From the IMG/VR virus record IMGVR_UViG_2065487004_000030: 4,293 nt of DNA. One strand, given 5' to 3'. The stretch is from a virus (taxonomy: Duplodnaviria; Heunggongvirae; Uroviricota; Caudoviricetes). The notes beneath the pieces are model-generated. The model worked only from the letters and a program-made list of their open reading frames with translations. It did no database searches and was not told the origin of the DNA. Positions 1 to 4,293 of the stretch are shown piece after piece. Position numbers and translations under genes: made by a program. The first letter of the stretch is position 1. Each line of letters opens with the position of its first letter.

Positions 1-1056
1 AATAAGAGCCACTAACCAGGCCAGAAGAATCGGGTGCATATGCATATTGGAGAGAATAACTGCCAGCGTATCAGCGAGACTGCTGCTTTTTAAAATGGCG
101 TTGAATGCGCCTCCGGCCCCGATAATCAGCAAAATATTAGCAATAGAACCGAAGCCATTTTCCGTATGTGTGAGCATCGTCCCCATGCTCATATGCTGGC
201 GTATACCCAACACATAATAGGCGACAAACACGGCGATAAACATGGCAGTGATAGGGTTGCCAATAAACTCAACCAAGATATACAAACCACTCTCACGCGC
301 CATATTCAATTCGGCAATCGTTTTAACCAACATCAGCGCAATGGGTAGCAGTATGGTGAATAACGTTGCGCCTAATGACGGTAGTGTTTTTTCATCGCGA
401 ACTTTGAGATCTGCAAACTCTGTGGGTACAGGTTTAAAGGGCAGTCGTTGACCCAGAAATTTAAGGAAAAGTGGGCCACCGATCAGTGATGCCATCAGCC
501 CAACCAGCAAACCGTAGACGATCACCGAACCGATATCTGCGCCCAGCTTATTGGCAACATATAAAGCAGCCGGATGTGGAGGAACCACGCAGTGCACTGC
601 CATCAATGCGGTACATAGCGGAATGGCAAGCTTTAATAATGAGGTATTGGTTTTTTTGGCAATTGAAAAAGCCAGAGGAATCAATAGCACGACGCCCACT
701 TCAACAAACAGCGTGATGCCACAAATCAGGCCAACCAGCACCATAATGACATCAACTGAAAGCCAGCGGCAGCGTTGAAGTGTCAGACCAATTCTTTCTG
801 CGGCCCCGGATACTTCCATCATTTTTCCCAGTATCGTGCCAAGGCCGATAACCGCTGCGAGGAACCCCAGCGTTCCGCCAATTCCACTTTCAATAGCATT
901 TACCATATCCAGTGGCCCCATGCCCATCATCGTTCCCACGAAGAAGCTGGCCAGCAACAGCGCCAGAAACGGGTGGAATTTGAACTTCACGATGGTCAGT
1001 ACAATTAACACGATGCTGATAAGCAGCGTGCTCACAACCCAGATTTGAGAGTGCAT
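1..1056 (-). CDS. dsdX: D-serine permease DsdX (GntP-family transporter); partial, N-terminal 352 codons present, C-terminus and stop lie beyond the window start
   Basis: Minus-strand ATG at 1056-1054 with an in-frame stop directly upstream (1062-1060) and an SD-like AAGGTG ending about 6 nt before the ATG. The frame stays open to position 1. Translation starts MHSQIWVVSTLLISIVLIVLTIVKFKFHPFLALLLASFFVGTMMGMGPLD..., a very hydrophobic multi-TM protein that I recognise as E. coli DsdX. It is absent from the ORF track because it has no stop inside the window. Confidence 0.9.
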   Translation of the reverse strand, partial: MHSQIWVVSTLLISIVLIVLTIVKFKFHPFLALLLASFFVGTMMGMGPLDMVNAIESGIGGTLGFLAAVIGLGTILGKMMEVSGAAERIGLTLQRCRWLSVDVIMVLVGLICGITLFVEVGVVLLIPLAFSIAKKTNTSLLKLAIPLCTALMAVHCVVPPHPAALYVANKLGADIGSVIVYGLLVGLMASLIGGPLFLKFLGQRLPFKPVPTEFADLKVRDEKTLPSLGATLFTILLPIALMLVKTIAELNMARESGLYILVEFIGNPITAMFIAVFVAYYVLGIRQHMSMGTMLTHTENGFGSIANILLIIGAGGAFNAILKSSSLADTLAVILSNMHMHPILLAWLVALI

Positions 1057-1273
1057 ATCTCACCTTCCCCTGTGATTAACCTGATGATATTGGACAAAAA
1101 AACAACGCAGGCTGACAAACGATAAAATTTGCCTTTCACATGAGGTAAATTGCATCAATGGAGTGATTTACATCTAAAAATGAAGGTGAATTGAGATATG
1201 GTTCACTTTAGCTCATCTCATAGCTGAAATTTTGCCGCTATTTTTTTACACTTAAGCGAAAAATGAGGTGATT
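1057..1273. promoter_or_regulatory. Divergent dsdX / dsdC intergenic control region (promoters and operator expected here)
   Basis: 217-bp AT-rich spacer between two divergently oriented start codons (dsdX ATG at 1056 on minus, dsdC ATG at 1274 on plus). It contains a dyad GTGAA-N11-TTCAC at 1186-1206. I cannot place -35/-10 hexamers confidently by eye. Confidence 0.6.
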
Positions 1274-2209
1274 ATGGAACCCCTTCGTGAAATAAGAAAT
1301 CGGCTGCTTAACGGCTGGCAATTATCAAAAATGCATACTTTTGAAGTGGCTGCCAGGCATCAGTCCTTCGCCCTGGCGGCAGAGGAATTGTCGCTGAGCC
1401 CCAGTGCGGTAAGTCACCGTATCAATCAGCTGGAAGAAGAATTGGGCATTCAGTTGTTTGTTCGTTCCCATCGCAAAGTGGAATTAACGCACGAGGGGAA
1501 ACGTGTTTATTGGGCGCTAAAATCGTCGCTGGATACCCTGAACCAGGAAATTCTTGATATCAAAAATCAGGAGTTATCGGGAACGTTAACTCTGTATTCC
1601 CGGCCCTCTATCGCCCAATGCTGGTTGGTGCCCGCATTAGGTGACTTTACACGCCGGTATCCGTCTATTTCGCTCACCGTGCTCACTGGTAATGACAACG
1701 TCAATCTGCAACGTGCCGGAATCGATTTGGCGATCTACTTTGATGATGCGCCGTCAGCGCAACTCACTCATCACTTTCTGATGGATGAAGAAATCCTGCC
1801 AGTATGTAGCCCGGAATACGCTCAAAGACATGCTTTAACCAACACGGTAATTAACCTGTGTCACTGTACGTTGCTCCATGACAGACAGGCATGGAGCAAC
1901 GACTCCGGTACGGATGAATGGCATAGTTGGGCGCAACATTATGCGGTTAATTTGCCGACATCTTCTGGAATTGGCTTTGATCGTTCTGATTTAGCTGTTA
2001 TTGCCGCGATGAATCATATTGGGGTGGCGATGGGAAGAAAACGCCTGGTACAAAAAAGGCTTGCCAGTGGTGAGCTCGTCGCGCCGTTTGGCGATATGAC
2101 GGTGAAATGCCATCAGCATTATTACATCACCACATTACCGGGCAGGCAGTGGCCAAAAATTGAAGCGTTTATTATCTGGCTAAGAGAACAGGTAAAAACC
2201 ACTTCATAA
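1274..2209 (+). CDS. dsdC: LysR-type transcriptional regulator DsdC (D-serine-responsive activator of dsdXA), 311 aa
   Basis: ATG at 1274 preceded by GAGGTG at 1265-1270; stop TAA at 2207-2209. The ORF track begins two codons earlier at GTG 1268 (MIM...), but ATG 1274 gives MEPLREIRNRLLNGWQLSKMHTFEVAARHQSFALAAEELSLSPSAVSHRINQLEEELGIQLFVR..., with an N-terminal helix-turn-helix typical of LysR regulators and a length of 311 aa. I recognise the sequence as E. coli DsdC. Its divergent arrangement with dsdX matches the known dsd locus. Confidence 0.9.
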   Translation: MEPLREIRNRLLNGWQLSKMHTFEVAARHQSFALAAEELSLSPSAVSHRINQLEEELGIQLFVRSHRKVELTHEGKRVYWALKSSLDTLNQEILDIKNQELSGTLTLYSRPSIAQCWLVPALGDFTRRYPSISLTVLTGNDNVNLQRAGIDLAIYFDDAPSAQLTHHFLMDEEILPVCSPEYAQRHALTNTVINLCHCTLLHDRQAWSNDSGTDEWHSWAQHYAVNLPTSSGIGFDRSDLAVIAAMNHIGVAMGRKRLVQKRLASGELVAPFGDMTVKCHQHYYITTLPGRQWPKIEAFIIWLREQVKTTS

Positions 2210-2304
2210 TGAATAAAACCACGAGTTCCTGGTGTGCCTTATTCGGCCTGCTAGTTCGAATTTAATTTACGGTTTTTATGTGGTTTTAGGGATAAACACA
2301 AGGA

Positions 2305-2319
2305 TGGTGTCCCCTGCAG
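2305..2319 (-). repeat. attR core: 15-nt duplicate of the 3' end of tRNA-Arg (argW), ending in ACCA
   Basis: Plus strand TGGTGTCCCCTGCAG is the reverse complement of CTGCAGGGGACACCA (T-stem 3' strand + acceptor 3' strand + discriminator + CCA). There is no upstream tRNA body, so this is a fragment and not a gene. Its position between the chromosomal dsdC and the phage gene torI fits an att core. Confidence 0.75.
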
Positions 2320-2343
2320 ACATCTACTTGAAGCAGCAGGGGA
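2310..2343. repeat. Inverted repeat TCCCCTGC ... GCAGGGGA (8-bp arms, 18-bp spacer) overlapping the attR core
   Basis: Arms at 2310-2317 (tcccctgc) and 2336-2343 (gcagggga) are exact reverse complements. The left arm lies inside the tRNA-derived core and the right arm is on the phage side. Confidence 0.5.
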
Positions 2344-2376
2344 TTGATTGGAATGGTGTTTTTTAGATGTGAGAAA

Positions 2377-2398
2377 TATTTTACCCGCTATTTTACCC
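2377..2398. repeat. Tandem direct repeat, 2 x TATTTTACCC (12-bp period), at the 3' end of torI
   Basis: Copies at 2377-2386 and 2389-2398 are identical 10-mers separated by GC. The second copy overlaps the torI stop codon (2393-2395) and last sense codon; the first lies just 3' of the stop. Confidence 0.5.
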
Positions 2399-2593
2399 AT
2401 TGGCGCGGCTTAAGAGCTTATTTTTGAATTCACAATGGTCACGATATAACCATCTTGCTCGCCCGTGGATAACTTTGGCTTTTGGCAGGTCGCCTGACTT
2501 AATCCGGTCATAGATGAAGGTTTTACCAAAGCCAGTATCAGCCATGATGAATTTCAAATCAACCAGTGAATCAGGCTGTAGTTCGTGTTGCAT
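2393..2593 (-). CDS. torI: TorI, prophage excisionase (recombination directionality factor) that also inhibits the TorR response regulator; 66 aa
   Basis: ATG at 2593-2591, stop TAA at 2395-2393, GGAG about 9 nt upstream. Translation MQHELQPDSLVDLKFIMADTGFGKTFIYDRIKSGDLPKAKVIHGRARWLYRDHCEFKNKLLSRANG matches the E. coli TorI sequence as I recall it. Small basic Xis-like protein next to an att core. Confidence 0.9.
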   Translation of the reverse strand: MQHELQPDSLVDLKFIMADTGFGKTFIYDRIKSGDLPKAKVIHGRARWLYRDHCEFKNKLLSRANG

Positions 2594-2612
2594 GAGTGCT
2601 ATCTCCGAATAG

Positions 2613-2628
2613 GGAATCGAACCTGCAA
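2613..2628 (-). other. tRNA T-arm fragment (TTGCAGGTTCGATTCC on minus strand) 19 nt upstream of the torI start; not a functional tRNA
   Basis: Plus strand GGAATCGAACCTGCAA at 2613-2628. On the minus strand it reads TTGCAGGTTCGATTCC, i.e. T-stem 5' strand GCAGG + T-loop TTCGATT + CC, which matches the argW T-arm as I recall it. The flanks do not fold into a cloverleaf: the following bases are CTATT, not the CCTGC needed to close the T-stem. Confidence 0.45.
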
Positions 2629-2693
2629 ATCAGGTAATAAAAATACGCTCTATGACGGCGATGGTAGATCAGGATATTTTAAGAAACTGACAG

Positions 2694-2712
2694 GCCTCAT
2701 CGAGTGTGAGGC
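2694..2712 (-). terminator. Weak hairpin (GCCUCA-7 nt loop-UGAGGC) 13 nt downstream of the yfdT stop; possible partial terminator between yfdT and torI
   Basis: Arms 2694-2699 and 2707-2712 are exact reverse complements. On the minus-strand transcript a UUUCUU run begins about 7 nt after the stem, so this is not a canonical intrinsic terminator. Confidence 0.25.
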
Positions 2713-2724
2713 TGTATGGCTCTA

Positions 2725-3030
2725 TTATTTCACCTCTTGTTGTGACATTGTTGAAAAATGGATACCAGCTCGTTGCTGCCAGATGATCCAACCGAGAGTC
2801 ATATCCCATGCCATGTATTCGTTATCGCCGTTTTTTGCTCTCCGACGATCTACTAAGTCACCGAAACGCTTTTCCATGAATAATTCATAGGCTTCGCGTT
2901 CATCTGGCTCTACTTCCAGAGATACGAGTGCGATTTCATAAGCACGGCGCTCAATATCGTCTCGAACCTCTAGGCTGCTGATTCGTTCTTTGATTTCTTT
3001 AATCAGTTCTTTATTGGTAAATGTGGTCAT
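2725..3030 (-). CDS. yfdT: Prophage protein YfdT, 101 aa, function unknown
   Basis: ATG at 3030-3028, stop TAA at 2727-2725. Its start overlaps the yfdS stop (minus strand reads TAATG). Translation MTTFTNKELIKEIKERISSLEVRDDIERRAYEIALVSLEV... is charged and predicted helical. Position and length match K-12 yfdT as I recall it. Confidence 0.8.
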   Translation of the reverse strand: MTTFTNKELIKEIKERISSLEVRDDIERRAYEIALVSLEVEPDEREAYELFMEKRFGDLVDRRRAKNGDNEYMAWDMTLGWIIWQQRAGIHFSTMSQQEVK

Positions 3031-3392
3031 TATGCTCCAGCCTCCGGTGCTTTTGGCATTACTGCCCAGTGAGTGATATTGACGTTTTCAAGGTCCCCAA
3101 CCTGAAATGTCCACTGCCATTCTCCGGTTTCTTTTTGTCCCCAGGTGTACCAGAGAGAACGCCAGCCAATCAGCCAGCCTTCTCCGTTAGCATCAAATAA
3201 CAGAACACTTTCATTTGCTGGTGGCAGTTCAGCTGACACTGGTATTATTTTGTTTTCCAGTGCCGCACATTTAGCTTCAAGCGCGTCGAATTTACGTACC
3301 AGGTACTCAGCATTTGTTTCGTTCACTTTCAGATCTCGCGGTACACATTTCCCGCGAAGAAACCCTTCCATTTCGAAAACATTCATGCGCAT
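3030..3392 (-). CDS. yfdS: Prophage protein YfdS, 120 aa, function unknown
   Basis: ATG at 3392-3390, stop TAA at 3032-3030. The 5' end overlaps the yfdR 3' end by 10 nt (minus strand ATGCGCATGA). Translation MRMNVFEMEGFLRGKCVPRDLKVNETNAEYLVRKFDALEAKCAALENKI... has a Trp-rich C-terminal half (GWLIGWRSLWYTWGQKETGEWQWTF). Confidence 0.8.
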   Translation of the reverse strand: MRMNVFEMEGFLRGKCVPRDLKVNETNAEYLVRKFDALEAKCAALENKIIPVSAELPPANESVLLFDANGEGWLIGWRSLWYTWGQKETGEWQWTFQVGDLENVNITHWAVMPKAPEAGA

Positions 3393-3919
3393 TTGCGTAA
3401 CTCCGATAAATCGTTAAAACGTTCCATAAACATCCCGTAGGCATGACCCGGTGCCAGTGGAATCACGTTGAACATCTCTGTTGCCGGGATGCCTTCCAGT
3501 ACAGGCCAGAAAGAGCCATCATCAAGCCCGAGATCACGGCGTTCGGTTGCCAGCATAATGAGATCGGCATATTTCACTGGCGTGCTCATAACAGGAGGTA
3601 ACCCGTATTTCTCACGGATTACTGCATCTATTTTTTCTTCCATCCGTTTATAGTCAGGAAGAAGGCGTTTCAGTGGTGCGGGGATGTCCTGGCAATACGC
3701 TTCTGTTGCATCATGCATTAATGCTTCAAAAGCAAATTCCTGCGGCACCAGCTGGCTGCAAAGCACCGCATGTTGGGCGACACTGTAGAAGTGAGAAAGA
3801 TGACCGGCAAAGCGGCAGATATTTGAAAGGGAAACCGCGATATCGTTAATCACGATGTCGTCTTTATTTATCTTGTCATAATAAAAATGCTTCCCGGAAA
3901 AAGTTTTAATAAATGACAT
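3383..3919 (-). CDS. yfdR: HD-domain metal-dependent phosphohydrolase YfdR (5'-deoxynucleotidase-like), 178 aa
   Basis: I place the start at ATG 3919-3917, which has GGAGAA 6 nt upstream. The ORF track extends it 9 codons to GTG 3946-3944. Stop TGA at 3385-3383. Translation MSFIKTFSGKHFYYDKINKDDIVINDIAVSLSNICRFAGHLSHFYSVAQHAV...ALMHDATEAY...RRDLGLDDGS shows the H..HD..D metal-binding pattern of HD phosphohydrolases. The 178-aa length matches K-12 YfdR as I recall it. Confidence 0.85.
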   Translation of the reverse strand: MSFIKTFSGKHFYYDKINKDDIVINDIAVSLSNICRFAGHLSHFYSVAQHAVLCSQLVPQEFAFEALMHDATEAYCQDIPAPLKRLLPDYKRMEEKIDAVIREKYGLPPVMSTPVKYADLIMLATERRDLGLDDGSFWPVLEGIPATEMFNVIPLAPGHAYGMFMERFNDLSELRKCA

Positions 3920-4013
3920 TTTGTTCTCCACGTATATGCGCTGCACCGCGCTGAGTTTGGGTAAAAGGAAGCCCTCACCATCCGGTGATTATTGAGTTAA
4001 TTACGTTTCCATA

Positions 4014-4034
4014 AATGCCCCCGCAGGGGCATTT
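4014..4034 (-). terminator. Perfect 9-bp stem / 3-nt loop hairpin (AAATGCCCC-GCA-GGGGCATTT) 13 nt downstream of the yfdQ stop; candidate attenuator or partial terminator between yfdQ and yfdR
   Basis: Arms 4014-4022 and 4026-4034 are exact reverse complements with a GC-rich core. On the minus-strand transcript the stem is followed by AUUUAUGG, only a short U run, so termination would be partial at best. Confidence 0.3.
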
Positions 4035-4046
4035 GCAGTAATGAAA

Positions 4047-4293
4047 TCAGGCGGTGAAAGTACCAATAAAGGTTTCTACTTTGCTGTCTTTGAATTTCTC
4101 AACAAGCAGATCACGAAATTCGTTAGCCATATCTTCCTGCACCGCTTCCAGCTGAATAATGCGCAGAACCAGTACAGGACGATCGCCAGTGATAATGCTG
4201 AGGCGTAATTTAAACGGACGTTCTTTCAGACCTTCAAACGGAACGCATTTAAATTCAAATGCCACTGGCATAATGTCTTTGGTCTTCGCTTCG
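4047..4293 (-). CDS. yfdQ: Prophage protein YfdQ (DUF2303-like), partial: C-terminal ~82 codons present, N-terminus beyond the window end
   Basis: Stop TGA at 4049-4047. The reading frame stays open upstream to 4293 (..[81 protein letters not shown]), so the Met at 4271 in the ORF track is internal. The assignment to yfdQ rests on gene order and the recalled C-terminus. Confidence 0.7.

Larger units (their letters stand above)
2305..4293. mobile_element. Right end of a tRNA-Arg(argW)-integrated cryptic prophage (KplE1/CPS-53-like), from the attR core to the window end
   Basis: A tRNA 3'-end duplicate at 2305-2319 is followed by an excisionase-like gene (torI) and a same-strand block of phage-type small genes (yfdT, yfdS, yfdR, yfdQ). 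To the left is the conserved chromosomal dsd locus. Gene order matches my recollection of E. coli K-12 (..yfdQ yfdR yfdS yfdT torI | dsdC dsdX..), reverse-complemented. Confidence 0.8.

Noticed and set aside
166-1048. Six plus-strand ORFs of 60-81 aa (166..348, 242..451, 471..716, 551..778, 775..1008, 836..1048)
   Set aside because: All lie antisense to the long, uninterrupted dsdX reading frame, overlap one another in different frames and have no RBS context. They are shadow ORFs of the permease gene.
1071-1091. Possible CRP site starting TGTGA at 1071
   Set aside because: The second half-site 6 nt downstream reads TGATG, not TCACA. The match is too poor to call without a scoring matrix.
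1268-1273. Extended dsdC start at GTG 1268 (MIM... in the ORF track)
   Set aside because: GTG 1268 lies inside the Shine-Dalgarno sequence GAGGTG. ATG 1274 has proper SD spacing and gives the 311-aa protein beginning MEPLREIRN.
2254-2261. GTTCGAAT octamer resembling a tRNA T-loop, between dsdC and the att core
   Set aside because: Only 8 nt, with no flanking stem complementarity or acceptor sequence; expected by chance in a window of this size.
2585-2890. Plus-strand 101-aa ORF (GTG start) overlapping the torI start and most of yfdT
   Set aside because: Alternative start codon, no RBS, and it lies antisense across two well-supported minus-strand genes; likely spurious. I found no small coding ORF in the torI-yfdT gap (longest about 16 codons).
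3145-3653. Plus-strand ORFs 3145..3417 (90 aa) and 3468..3653 (61 aa)
   Set aside because: Antisense to yfdS and yfdR with low-complexity Ser/Arg-rich translations typical of shadow frames; no supporting signals.
4047-4271. The 74-aa ORF as a complete small gene starting at Met 4271
   Set aside because: The frame stays open upstream of 4271 to the window end, so this is the C-terminal part of a longer protein (yfdQ) and the Met is internal.
1-4293. CRISPR arrays, IS elements, integrase or toxin-antitoxin pairs
   Set aside because: No spaced direct-repeat array, no terminal inverted repeats with a transposase ORF, and no integrase-sized ORF in the window. The integrase of this prophage is expected at the opposite (argW-proximal) end, outside the window.

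Overview
This 4.3-kb window reads as an Escherichia coli-type chromosome/prophage junction. The left ~2.3 kb is core chromosome: the first 352 codons of the D-serine permease gene dsdX (minus strand, running off the window start) and, divergently, the complete LysR-type regulator gene dsdC (plus strand). At 2305-2319 sits a 15-nt copy of a tRNA 3' end (CTGCAGGGGACACCA, reverse-complemented here), which I interpret as the attR core of an argW-integrated cryptic prophage (KplE1/CPS-53-like). To its right, all on the minus strand, lie torI (66-aa excisionase / TorR inhibitor), the overlapping genes yfdT-yfdS-yfdR, and the 3' end of yfdQ (running off the window end). I see no rRNA, intact tRNA, CRISPR array or IS element. 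I do not find a convincingly novel system. The two things most worth a second look are the poorly understood yfdQRST cassette (an HD-domain hydrolase plus small proteins of unknown function) and an arrangement in which two consecutive pieces of a tRNA 3' half flank torI. All identifications come from reading the sequence and from recalled protein and tRNA sequences; no database search or folding calculation was run.
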